A DNA stretch of 47,830 nucleotides, taken from Gemmatimonadales bacterium. GTDB taxonomy: Bacteria; Gemmatimonadota; Gemmatimonadetes; Gemmatimonadales; GWC2-71-9. The position numbers were made by a program, and so were the translations under genes. Where the stretch lies: the NCBI GenBank assembly GCA_039794085.1, contig JBDIWC010000033.1:1-47830 (forward strand), written 5' to 3'. The notes under the pieces were generated by a model that saw nothing but the letters and a program-made list of their open reading frames with translations, was not told the origin of the DNA and ran no database searches. Shown here in pieces: positions 19,574 to 28,830 of the stretch (position 1 is the first letter of the stretch; every line of letters starts with the position of its first letter).

Positions 19574-20811
19574 CCCCTCCACGTCCCCCGCGCCACCTTC
19601 GGCACGAAGCCGTCCAGACCGGCGGGCGGAAACTTGAGCGTGCGCCCCGTCTCGGCGCTCTGATACGCCGCCATCAGGAGCTTCACCACGTCGACTCCAT
19701 CGTCGAAGGTGAGGCGCGGCGACTCCTTTCCGAGAAAGACCCGCACGAAGTGCCGGTCCTCGTTGGTGTATCCATACGCGGCCCACTCCTCCGCCACCAC
19801 CGGCATCTGCCCCGTCTCCGCGTTCTGCTTCTCCACCAAGTCCTCGCCGACTTCCCCCCGGACCTCCCGGCTGAAGAAGACCTCGAGCCCCGCCTCGAGC
19901 GTGTTCCATCGCATCGAGTACTCGGGGCCGAGCAGTTCGGCGGAAAGTCGGAGCCCGGGGCCGACGAATCCCCAGCTCGTCGTCGCTTCCCCGACGACCG
20001 TGTGACCCTCCTGGGTCCGGAACTCGATCATGATGCTGGCAAAGTCTTCCGCCGGCCGGCGTCGGTAGTTGACACCCGGCATCGCGGCCGCGAGCTGCCG
20101 CGCCTGCTCGGGCCGGCTCCACTTGAGCGACGCGATGTGGCCGGTGATCCGGACCGGCGTGATGCTGCGGAGCGACTCTCCGGGCTGAGTCAGGAGGTGC
20201 CGCACCACGAGCGCCGAGTGACACATCATGTCGTTGAGGACGCCGCCCCCCTGCAGGTCTCCCTTCCAGAACCACGGACTGTGGGGCCCGCTGTGTTCCT
20301 CGGCGGCGCGCGCCAGGTACGGTCTCCCGGTGGTGGCGGCCCCTCGCGCCCAGATCAGCGAGCGGCCCTGTTCCACCTCGGGGGCAAAGACCTGGTTCTC
20401 GAGGTACCCGTGCCGCAGGCGCACAGACTTCACCAGCCGGGTCACCACCTTCGCCTCGGCGACGGTGCGGGCCAGCGGCTTTTCACAGGCGATGCCCCGG
20501 AGTGTCCCCTTCCCGCGCGCGATGGTGTCGACGATCTCCTCGACGTTCGCGATGCGGGCATGGTTGGGGCCGCAGAGCCAGATGGCGTGGATGTCGGGGT
20601 CCGCCACCATGGCGGCGATGCTCCGATAGGCCTTGGCCGGTCCGACGTCGAGGTCCCGGGCCAGGCCCGCCGCGGACTCGGCGCGCTCGCGATGGGGACT
20701 CCAGACTCCGCGCACGTCCGCGTCCCGCACTCCCTGCCAGGCGCGGAGATGGAACCGGGTGTTGAATCCGCTGCCGATAAAACCGACACCGAGCCGTTCC
20801 GGTGGGGTCAT
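19570..20811 (-). CDS. Gfo/Idh/MocA family oxidoreductase (cytoplasmic)
   Basis: GFIGSGF, CEKPLAR and GGGVLNDMMCH. Confidence 0.92.
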   Translation of the reverse strand: MTPPERLGVGFIGSGFNTRFHLRAWQGVRDADVRGVWSPHRERAESAAGLARDLDVGPAKAYRSIAAMVADPDIHAIWLCGPNHARIANVEEIVDTIARGKGTLRGIACEKPLARTVAEAKVVTRLVKSVRLRHGYLENQVFAPEVEQGRSLIWARGAATTGRPYLARAAEEHSGPHSPWFWKGDLQGGGVLNDMMCHSALVVRHLLTQPGESLRSITPVRITGHIASLKWSRPEQARQLAAAMPGVNYRRRPAEDFASIMIEFRTQEGHTVVGEATTSWGFVGPGLRLSAELLGPEYSMRWNTLEAGLEVFFSREVRGEVGEDLVEKQNAETGQMPVVAEEWAAYGYTNEDRHFVRVFLGKESPRLTFDDGVDVVKLLMAAYQSAETGRTLKFPPAGLDGFVPKVARGTWRG

Positions 20812-21452
20812 GTCAGGTTTCCATACCGGCGATCCCACTCCGCATAGGACACGCCGAGTTCATCCAGGGCGGAGCCGGGGGCTCCCCGCCAGCCGGGGTT
20901 GAAGATGCCGCCGGCGTAACCGAGATCCTGCACGCCGATGCGGCTGGAGAAGAAGCCCGATCCGATCAGGTCACGGACCCGGGTGAACCAGCGGGCCGCA
21001 TCCTTATAGGGATCCTCCGCCCGGGCGGGCCAGGCGATGTCGTCGAGAATCGCGGCACGTTCCGTGTCGGAGCAGGCGGCGAAGCCCGGCCGATCGTACC
21101 GGCGCCTGCATTCGTCGGTGAGCCAGGCGAGGCCGGTGTGCCATGCGGCGCGGGTATCGTCGTTGGACTCGCTGAGCACGAAGTCGGCGTACTCGAGGGT
21201 CCCGGCGTCGGTGGCGCTGCCCGAGGTCTCGTCGGCGGGAATGATCATGTCGGCGAGGGGGCGCATCGTCTCCACCTCCGCGGGCGTGAAGAACCGCCAG
21301 GTCCATGCACCGGACGCCCGGATCGCCTCGAACTTCTCGCGGAGGGGGCCGAGCAGGGCATAGCCGACCCCCACGGCGAGGGCGCCCCCGCCGATGGTGA
21401 GGATGGCGGTGCGGCGGTTCATGCCGGGTCGGGACTCGGGGGTGTCGCTCAC
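20808..21452 (-). CDS. Gluconate 2-dehydrogenase subunit 3 family Tat partner of the GMC flavoprotein
   Basis: MNRRTAIL twin-arginine; LADMIIPAD..SGSATDAG; GFFSSRIG..DLGY.G; GTGA overlap with the GMC stop. Confidence 0.88.
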   Translation of the reverse strand: MSDTPESRPGMNRRTAILTIGGGALAVGVGYALLGPLREKFEAIRASGAWTWRFFTPAEVETMRPLADMIIPADETSGSATDAGTLEYADFVLSESNDDTRAAWHTGLAWLTDECRRRYDRPGFAACSDTERAAILDDIAWPARAEDPYKDAARWFTRVRDLIGSGFFSSRIGVQDLGYAGGIFNPGWRGAPGSALDELGVSYAEWDRRYGNLT

Positions 21453-23146
21453 AGTTCTCTCCGTTGCCGAAGCTCGATGATGCGGTCGGCGGCGCGCCAG
21501 GCGAGCGCCATGATGGTCCAGGTGGGGTTCTTGTCGGCCTGGGAGGGGAAGGGTGCCCCGTCGGCGACGAAGAGGTTGGGCACTTCGTGGGCCTGGCCCC
21601 AGGCATTGAGAACACTGTCCGCGGGATCGGCTCCCATGCGAGCGCCGCCAAGCTCGTGGATGATGGTTCCGCCGGCGGCGATCCCGTAGCCATCCTCCTT
21701 CGCGGGCATGGGGGAAAACACTTCGCCGCCCATTGCCTCGACGAGCCCGCGGAAGGTCTCCTGCATGTGCCGCACCTGGTTGAGCTCGTGGTCGGTCCAC
21801 TGCCAGTGGAAGCGGAGGACCGGGATTCCCCATCTGTCCTTCGTGTCGGGATCGATCTCGCAGAAGGATCCGGCGTTGGGGATCATCTCCCCGCGACCGG
21901 AGAATCCGATCGTGGTGCCCCAGTACCGGCGGTAGTCCTCCTTGAGCTTCTGTCCCCAGCCCCCACCGGAGGGGTACCGGTGGATGCCGCCCATGAACCC
22001 GGCGCCTGGCTGGCTGAGCCCGCCCCAGACCTCGATGTGATAGCCGCGGGGGAAATCGAGCTTCGCGTTGTCGAGCCACCACGGCATGTAGACATGGCCG
22101 CCGCCCACGCCGTCCTCGTTGTAGCGGGTCCGGCCCACGAGCTTCGGGATGAACCCGCCCACGTCGGTGCCGGTGGTGTCGGTGAGCCAGCGGCCCACCT
22201 GGCCGCTCCCGTTGGCGAGGCCGTGAGGAAAGCGGGCCGAAGTGGAGTTGAGGAGCAGGCGGGCCGACTCGCAGGCGCTGGCGGCCACCACCACAACCCG
22301 GGCGGCCAGGTGCCGGTCCTCTCCGGTCGTGGTGTCAATGTAGGACACTCCGGTGCAGAGGCCCCGCGCGTTGGTGGTGATCTCGCGGGCCATGGCGTGG
22401 GTGACGAGGGTGAGATTCCCGGTCGCCGCGGCGGGGGGGAGGAGGACGTTGGTGCTCGAGAAGTTGGCGTGTACCGAGCAGCCGCGGTTGCACTGACCGC
22501 AGTAGTGACAGGCCTGGCGGCCGTTGAGCGAGCGGGTCAGCACGGAGAGCCGGGCGGGAACGCAGGGGATCTGGCGGGTTCGGCAGGCGTCCATCACCAG
22601 GAGCTCGTAGGCCCGGGGACGGGGAGGGGGCTGGAAGATCCCGTCAGGCTGGTTCGGGATGTTCTCGGCGCTCCCGAAGAGGCCGATGAGCCGGTCGAGC
22701 CGGTCGTAGTACGGGGCGATGGCGTCGTAGCCGATGGGCCAGTTGGGGGAAAGTCCGTCAAGCTCCCCGCGGCGGAAGTCATCGGGGCCGAAGCGGAGGG
22801 AGATGCGGCCCCAGTGGTTGGTGCGTCCCCCTACCATGCGGGCCCGCCACCAGCTGAACTTGGTGCCGGGAGCGGTGGTGTAGGGCTCTCCCTCCAGGCT
22901 CCACCCGCCGATGCAGGCGTCGAATTCGCCGAAGTGACGAGTGGGGATCCACCCGCCGCGGTGCTCGGTCTGGTATGGCCAGGTGAGCATCGCGGCGTCG
23001 GTGGTGTTGTCCCAGGGGCCGCCCGCTTCGAGCACGAGAACCCGGGCACCGGCCCGGGTGAGGGCGTAGGCGGCCATTCCTCCGCCCGCGCCGGAGCCGA
23101 TGATGCACACGTCGTAGGTTTCCTGCGGCGTCTGTGAGGATCGCAT
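21449..23146 (-). CDS. GMC family FAD oxidoreductase (glycoside 3-dehydrogenase-like)
   Basis: IIGSGAGG, GGRTNHWGR, CHYCGQCNRGC Fe-S motif, HELGGARMG and KNPTWTIMALAWR. Confidence 0.93.
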   Translation of the reverse strand: MRSSQTPQETYDVCIIGSGAGGGMAAYALTRAGARVLVLEAGGPWDNTTDAAMLTWPYQTEHRGGWIPTRHFGEFDACIGGWSLEGEPYTTAPGTKFSWWRARMVGGRTNHWGRISLRFGPDDFRRGELDGLSPNWPIGYDAIAPYYDRLDRLIGLFGSAENIPNQPDGIFQPPPRPRAYELLVMDACRTRQIPCVPARLSVLTRSLNGRQACHYCGQCNRGCSVHANFSSTNVLLPPAAATGNLTLVTHAMAREITTNARGLCTGVSYIDTTTGEDRHLAARVVVVAASACESARLLLNSTSARFPHGLANGSGQVGRWLTDTTGTDVGGFIPKLVGRTRYNEDGVGGGHVYMPWWLDNAKLDFPRGYHIEVWGGLSQPGAGFMGGIHRYPSGGGWGQKLKEDYRRYWGTTIGFSGRGEMIPNAGSFCEIDPDTKDRWGIPVLRFHWQWTDHELNQVRHMQETFRGLVEAMGGEVFSPMPAKEDGYGIAAGGTIIHELGGARMGADPADSVLNAWGQAHEVPNLFVADGAPFPSQADKNPTWTIMALAWRAADRIIELRQRREL

Positions 23147-23219
23147 CGGCGGCGTCCCGGTCACGAGAGGGTGTGGTGAGGAGCGTCACCCCTCGCGGGG
23201 CAGCGCTCTGTCTGCATTA

Positions 23220-23284
23220 TAAGGACATAGGATGGTAGGACATAGGACATAGGACATAGGACATAGGACATGGGACATAGGACA
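23220..23284. repeat. Heptamer tandem repeat (TAGGACA)n
   Basis: About 9 units. A dRS3-like hairpin (23366-23392) and CACACGAAGACACGAAG (23433-23449) lie in the same spacer. Confidence 0.9.
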
Positions 23285-23501
23285 AGAGGAACCTCTGATC
23301 AACGGTCCATGCCGCGAATGGCGGGGTTCATGGGTCGGGAACCGAGCCCGAACCGCCCACGGGATGTCACCCCGGCGAAAAGCCGGGGGCCATCGGAGGC
23401 GTGAAGGAGGGGGGGAAAGTTCGCATGAATTGTCACACGAAGACACGAAGGAAGAACATCGGGGTCCGCCTTGCACGATGGACGACCGCATGCGTGCGAC
23501 C

Positions 23502-24362
23502 TCAGGGCGTTCGGAGGTCTTTCAGGTAGGCGTGGGCGCTCCGGGCAAAGGACTCGGCGTTGGCCGGGTTGTCGTGCTCTACGAACCAGTGCCGGATCCC
23601 CGCGGCGGGTGCGGCGCGAAGAATGGCCCGCCAGTCGAGCGTCCCGGTCCCGATGTCCACCATCTCCCCGTTGGGCCCCCGGTCCTTGACGTGCACCATG
23701 GGGACCCGCCCGGGCCACCGATTCAGGAAGTCCACGGGATCGACGCCTCCCTGCGCGAGCCAGAAGAGATCGGCCTCAAGGTGCACCAGCGCCGGGTCCG
23801 AGGCGGCCAGAAAGACCTCGAGGGGCACCTCGCCGTCGAACGGACGCAACTCCGTATCATGATTGTGATAGGCTATCCGCAGACCCCACGACCGGGCGGT
23901 CCGGGCGATCCGGGTGAATCGCTCGCCGAGCCGGGACCAGTCGTTCAGGGTCTGCCGGACATTGGAGGGAAGGGACGGCACCACGAGCCATTGATGGCCA
24001 ATCTCGGCGGCCGCGGCCAGGGTCGCCTCCTTCTCCACCGCCTCCAGCGACACATGCGCCGAGGGAGCCGAGAGGCCTGAGGTCCGGAGCGCGGCGCGGA
24101 TCTGGGACGGGGTGCGCTGGAAATACCCGGCAAACTCGACCTCCCGGTATCCGATGCTTGCCACCAGGTCGAGGGTCGCCTCCACACCCTCCGCCATCCG
24201 GCCGCGCAAGGTGTAGAGCTGGATCCCGAGCGGATCTATCGTAGCCGGGAGAAGGCCCGTGCCCGGCCGGATCCGCGCCGCGAGCCGGGAGGGTGTGGTT
24301 CCCTCCCATGCCAGACCCAGCAGGCCGCCGCCGAGCAGGCCCAGCGCGTTCCGGCGGTTCAT
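23502..24362 (-). CDS. Tat-exported sugar phosphate isomerase/epimerase (xylose-isomerase-like TIM barrel)
   Basis: MNRRNAL; GIQLYTLR, GYREVEFAG, YHNH..E, EADLFW, HVKD and FVEHD. Confidence 0.93.
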   Translation of the reverse strand: MNRRNALGLLGGGLLGLAWEGTTPSRLAARIRPGTGLLPATIDPLGIQLYTLRGRMAEGVEATLDLVASIGYREVEFAGYFQRTPSQIRAALRTSGLSAPSAHVSLEAVEKEATLAAAAEIGHQWLVVPSLPSNVRQTLNDWSRLGERFTRIARTARSWGLRIAYHNHDTELRPFDGEVPLEVFLAASDPALVHLEADLFWLAQGGVDPVDFLNRWPGRVPMVHVKDRGPNGEMVDIGTGTLDWRAILRAAPAAGIRHWFVEHDNPANAESFARSAHAYLKDLRTP

Positions 24363-24386
24363 GACACGATCACCGAATTCGGAACC

Positions 24387-24728
24387 TCACTGAGCGCCGG
24401 CGCCGTGAAGCATCGGATCGCGCTGGCGCCGGTTGAAGTCCTGCAGTTGGCGGCCGGCGGCGCGGAAGGCGTCCTGAATGGCGGTGCGGAGATCGGGCTG
24501 CCGCTGGCGGTTGGCCACGATGTCGGGGCCGGGGACCTCGACCTGGACCCGGACGTTGTAGTGGACGGAGGCGCCCTGCGGACGCCGCGCGGGAACGGAG
24601 ATATTGACCGAGCACCCGATGATCGCCGGGTAGAACGTTTCGAGTTTGGAGGCGCTTTCCTCCAGGAACTGGCGGATGGTGTCGGTGAGTTCCGTGTGGC
24701 GGGCGGTGATCTGCAGCGGGCGTTGCAT
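24387..24728 (-). CDS. HPF/RaiA family ribosome-associated protein
   Basis: LQITARH..LT..I......KLE.F..II.C.V; AIQDAF.AA.RQL; AAGGAG RBS. Confidence 0.85.
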   Translation of the reverse strand: MQRPLQITARHTELTDTIRQFLEESASKLETFYPAIIGCSVNISVPARRPQGASVHYNVRVQVEVPGPDIVANRQRQPDLRTAIQDAFRAAGRQLQDFNRRQRDPMLHGAGAQ

Positions 24729-24956
24729 GAGGCTCTCCTTGATTCGTGTCGGACCTGTCTGGAATCTGACCCGGCGGGGCTGAAGGGATGGTGAGCCGGG
24801 GATGAATCCGTGGGCACCTCCGGGCCCAGGAGTGGGGGTGGGGGATCGATCCCTTCCCGGTATAGCTTGAATGATACCTCGTCCGGCTCATCCGGCAACG
24901 ACAGTGTCGGCCCGGTGACGGCGGGGCCTGTCTCAGCGATCGCAGAGGGAGAACCT

Positions 24957-26525
24957 GTGCCGATGCACGTGGAGGATCTGAATTGGTGTACGGTGCGGTC
25001 TCCTCTCCATGCCGGACCGGAGGATGTGGGACCTGCACGGGGCAAACCGCGGGCGGTGCTGATCATCCACGGCATGGGCCAACAGACCCGGCTCTCCACG
25101 CTTGGCGATTTCTCGCGGGGCCTCGTGGCCGCCTTGCGCCGGCGGGATCCGACATCGGGGGAGGGAGGCGCTCCTGAACTCCGGAGTGAGATGACACTGC
25201 TCGACGGCGTGGCGGTGGAGCGCCTGGTTCTCGTGATTCCCGGCAGCGTCCCGCGCGAAGTGCATCTCTACGAGGCGTGGTGGGCCCCTCTGACCGAGGG
25301 CGCGGTTCGCCTTCGAGACGTGCTCTCCTTCCTCCTGCGGACGGGGTGGCGCACCGTCCGCTACCGCTCCACTCGCTTCGATCGCTGGATGTTCGGGGCC
25401 TGGCGCTCGTTCCGGATCCCCGCGGGGAGTCTCCTGGCCGTCGGAGCCACGCTTGCTCTTCTGGTCGCGGGGATCCTCCTTGCTGTCATCGGTGTGGCGG
25501 TGGCCCTCGTCACCCTCCTGCCGGGTCTGGGCCTCGCGTGGCCCGCCGCCTCGCGCCACCCCCAGCTCACCACCACGTTGCTGGCCCTTCTCCTCGCCGT
25601 GACGGCCACCGGCGGGGTCAGTGTCCTCGCGGCAATGTGGCGGTCGACCCTGGCCCAGGTGCTGTCGATCGGGAGCGCGGCGCTCGCGGGCACGGCACTG
25701 ATAGTGGGCACCGGGGTGATGCTCTGGCAAACGGTGGCCGCCGAGTCTCACCAGCTCTTCCCCTCTCTCTCGGGGCGGTGGCTCGAGACCTCGTGGGCCA
25801 TGGTGCCGTGGGGGATCTTCCTGGTGGTGGCGCTGCTGATCCGGCGACTGCTCGTGCAGTACGTGGGAGACATCGTGGTCTATCTGGAGGCGCACCGGGT
25901 CGATCGCTTCGCCGACCTGCGCAGCCGGATCGGATACGTGGTGACAGATGCGGCCCGGAGGGTGTACGGGGCCCGGTCTGGAACCGGCTCCGGGAGTGAT
26001 TTTCTCTACGAGGACGTGATCATCGCCGGGCACTCCCTGGGCTCGGTGCTGGGCTACGACGTCCTCAACCGGCTCATCAACCTGGATGCCCTGCGATCGG
26101 ATCATCGCCCCGAGGAGCGGCTCGACGTGGCCCGGCGCACCCGTCTCCTGCTCACCTTCGGATCGCCGCTCGACAAGACCGCCTGGCTCTTCCGCATGCA
26201 ATCCCGGTCCTCTGCCGATGCGCGCGAGGCGCTCGCCGCCCTGACTCAGCCGCTGATTGTCGATCGAGCCGTCCGGCCTCCCTGGGTGAACATCCACTCC
26301 CCGCAGGATCCGGTCAGCGGGCCGCTCGACTACTACGACCCGCCGCCCGGTCCCGAGGGAGAGCAGGTCGGAGGGAAGGCCGTGACCAACCGGATCGACG
26401 AGGAGGCGTGGGTGCCCGTATCGGCCCACGGACAGTATTGGCGCACTCGGGCGGTGTTCGACGCCGTCCTCGATGCACTGAGCGGGCCCGACCCGGGCGT
26501 GTCCCCGACGGGAGCACCCCGGTGA
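24957..26525 (+). CDS. Membrane protein with alpha/beta-hydrolase fold split by a TM insertion
   Basis: IIHGMGQQ, about 4-5 TM helices, AGHSLGS nucleophile elbow, LTFGSPL, DPVSG and AH..YW. Start uncertain. Confidence 0.8.
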   Translation: MPMHVEDLNWCTVRSPLHAGPEDVGPARGKPRAVLIIHGMGQQTRLSTLGDFSRGLVAALRRRDPTSGEGGAPELRSEMTLLDGVAVERLVLVIPGSVPREVHLYEAWWAPLTEGAVRLRDVLSFLLRTGWRTVRYRSTRFDRWMFGAWRSFRIPAGSLLAVGATLALLVAGILLAVIGVAVALVTLLPGLGLAWPAASRHPQLTTTLLALLLAVTATGGVSVLAAMWRSTLAQVLSIGSAALAGTALIVGTGVMLWQTVAAESHQLFPSLSGRWLETSWAMVPWGIFLVVALLIRRLLVQYVGDIVVYLEAHRVDRFADLRSRIGYVVTDAARRVYGARSGTGSGSDFLYEDVIIAGHSLGSVLGYDVLNRLINLDALRSDHRPEERLDVARRTRLLLTFGSPLDKTAWLFRMQSRSSADAREALAALTQPLIVDRAVRPPWVNIHSPQDPVSGPLDYYDPPPGPEGEQVGGKAVTNRIDEEAWVPVSAHGQYWRTRAVFDAVLDALSGPDPGVSPTGAPR

Positions 26526-27259
26526 GCCCCGGGGTGGAGGCGGAAGACGGTACCAGTGCGGCGGTCCAGCGCCACCGGCGGCGGAACGCATTCCGGGTGA
26601 TCGTGCTCATCGCCCTCGTGGTGTTCATCGCCGGGGTGGGCTCCACCGTGACGAGTGAGGTGGTGGAGGCGATCCGGAGAGCGGCGGATGGCAGCGAGGG
26701 GCCGTGGTCCCGTGCCCTGGTGTACGCCGTGGCGGCGGTGTTCACGTTCCTCACGGTTTTCCTCCCCCTGCCCGCCGAAGCCTCCGCCTTTCTCAATGGA
26801 AGCATCTTTCCTCCCGGCGCGGCGTTTGTCCTCACCTGGGTGATGGCGATGGCGGGTGCCTCCGCCTCGTACGAGATCGGGCGGTGGCTGGGTCGCCCGC
26901 CGGCGGAGCGGATGTTCGGAAGGGTTCGGCTCGCCCGGGTGGAGCGCCTGGTGGAGAAGGCCGGCTGGCCAACCCTCCTGGCCTTGCGGCTCTCACCGGT
27001 GATGGCCTTCACCGCCATCAACTGGGCGAGCGGGATCCTGGCGCTTTCCCGTCCGGTGTATTACTGGACCACGGGGGTCGGGTTGATTCCCGGCACCTTC
27101 GTGTTCACCGTCGTGCCGGGTGTGCTGGAGGACGGAGGGTCGGCGGGGCTGCTCATCGGGCTTGGCTTTGCCGTGGTGCTGCTCCTGCTCGGTGTGTCGT
27201 ATCTGCGGATGCGGGCGCCAAGGAACAATGAACAAGGAACAATGAACAAGGAACAATGA
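26522..27259 (+). CDS. DedA/VTT (TVP38/TMEM64) family membrane protein
   Basis: FLPLPAE..NG.IF, GASASYEIGRWLG, LRLSPVMAF..INWASG and TGVGLIPG; the C-terminus reads into the tandem repeat. Confidence 0.88.
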   Translation: MSPGVEAEDGTSAAVQRHRRRNAFRVIVLIALVVFIAGVGSTVTSEVVEAIRRAADGSEGPWSRALVYAVAAVFTFLTVFLPLPAEASAFLNGSIFPPGAAFVLTWVMAMAGASASYEIGRWLGRPPAERMFGRVRLARVERLVEKAGWPTLLALRLSPVMAFTAINWASGILALSRPVYYWTTGVGLIPGTFVFTVVPGVLEDGGSAGLLIGLGFAVVLLLLGVSYLRMRAPRNNEQGTMNKEQ

Positions 27260-27387
27260 ACAAGGAACAATGAACAAGGAACAATGAACAAGGAACAATG
27301 AACAAGGAACAATGAACAAGGAACAATGAACAAGGAACAATGAACAAGGAACAAGGAACAATGAACAGTGAACAATGATCAATGATC
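27220..27387 (+). repeat. Tandem repeat: 9 x AAGGAACAATGAAC then 6 further heptamers (24 heptamers)
   Basis: Counted directly; inverted counterpart (GTTCATT/GATCATT)n at 27697-27743. Confidence 0.95.
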
Positions 27388-27726
27388 AACTTTCTCCTTC
27401 GAATTCCCTCCTGCCGATGCCGACGGGTACGGGATCGGGAAGGTCGGAAGGAATCACCGCAGAGAACGCGGAGGTCACAGAGGGTCTCCGAGTGATTCCC
27501 CTCGCTCCACGCCTCGCGCGCGGAGATGAGGATTGTCCTTCGCGGTCCCTGCGGTTCAATTGGGGGAGGGGGGTCGGCAGTTCCATGAACATCGTGGCCC
27601 GGACGACGGGAAGTACTCGACCGGCCTCCTCAAATCCCTCGGGCTATGCCTTCGGGATGACACTTCCCGCGTGGACGTGCAACGGTGTTCCTTCCTGTTC
27701 ATTGTTCATTGATCATTGTTCATTGT

Positions 27727-28473
27727 TCATTGATCATTGATCAGTGTCTCCAGGTTGATCGTGTACGCCGCCTCCACGCCCTGATAGCGGGTTACTCCTG
27801 CCGGCGGGTGCCTCCCCTGGCCAAACGCCTGATGCTCGAGGTAGAAGTCGTGGATCGTGGCCACGTGGTCATCGCCGTTTTCCTGGAGCAGGAAGGCCAG
27901 GGTGGAGAGGAAGGCGTCGACACCCGAGACGAGACGAGCCACCACCTCGGGTTGGAATCCTTGCGTCTCCGGCACCGCAGTCACCCGATCCAGCCCCGCC
28001 TCAGCGCGAGCGGTGGCCACCAGGTCGCCGAGGGATCGGCGGTCGCCATCGGACTCCATGACCAGCATGTGGATGTCCACGAACCAATGCGGGTCACGAA
28101 TCCAGGTGGCCAGGAGGCCTCCCTCGCCGATCGGGAGAGAATCGCCCGCGGCGATCCCGGGGAAGAAGTGCGTGGTGTGCTCGACCGGTGCCCCCCGGCC
28201 ATCGATCACCGCCGTGACGACGTAGATCTCACCCCGCTCGCCGAAGATACGCCCGGGGAGACCCTCCGCGCTGGTCAGCACCCGCATCTCGTTGAAGGCC
28301 AACGTCAGCCCGAGAGGGCGCTCAGCAGCCACCGCGGCGGATGTGGCATCGAGGGTGTGGAGGAGGGAGCGATTGTTCGGATTGCCCAGGCTTGCCCGGC
28401 GCCGGAGGGTGGCGAGCAGGTCGGCGCTGGAAAATTGGGTCAATCCATCCTGGTGCGGCACGCGAATCGGCAT
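27727..28473 (-). CDS. Hypothetical protein (248 aa)
   Basis: GAAGGA RBS before MPIRVP; globular composition (GEIYVVTAVID, MLVMESD, NGDD); stop supplied by the heptamer arm. Confidence 0.75.
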   Translation of the reverse strand: MPIRVPHQDGLTQFSSADLLATLRRRASLGNPNNRSLLHTLDATSAAVAAERPLGLTLAFNEMRVLTSAEGLPGRIFGERGEIYVVTAVIDGRGAPVEHTTHFFPGIAAGDSLPIGEGGLLATWIRDPHWFVDIHMLVMESDGDRRSLGDLVATARAEAGLDRVTAVPETQGFQPEVVARLVSGVDAFLSTLAFLLQENGDDHVATIHDFYLEHQAFGQGRHPPAGVTRYQGVEAAYTINLETLINDQ

Positions 28474-28830
28474 CGCTGTCCTTCCCGGCATCGCCTGGCC
28501 CCGCAATGTGATTCCAAGCTACGGCTCTGAACCGGCATGCCGCAAGATGTGATTGTAATCCATGTGACGTGGAGCTGACAGTCCCGGAGGTTGGCCCACC
28601 CCGGGGGCATCCGAATGTCGGCCCACCTGATTGGTTCGCCTGAATCCGACATTCATAAACCGCAGGGGGACATACGATTGCGAGCTTCCTTCGTTCGATG
28701 CCACATCCGGGGCGTCTGGCGCGTATACTTGAAGGGGCACGCCGAAACTTCCGCCTTTGGTGCCGCGTCGGGAAAGGAGGAACGTCATCCTCGCCCGAGG
28801 GATCCACCGGACTCATCCTGGAGCTTGCCA

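Noticed and set aside
27220..27387. Possible CRISPR array
   Set aside because: Contiguous 7/14-bp units without spacers; no cas genes in the window.
26993..27389. Minus-strand ORFs with HCSLFIVPCSLF repeats
   Set aside because: Translations of the heptamer array; the same applies to the repeat-derived start of ORF 19366..20847.
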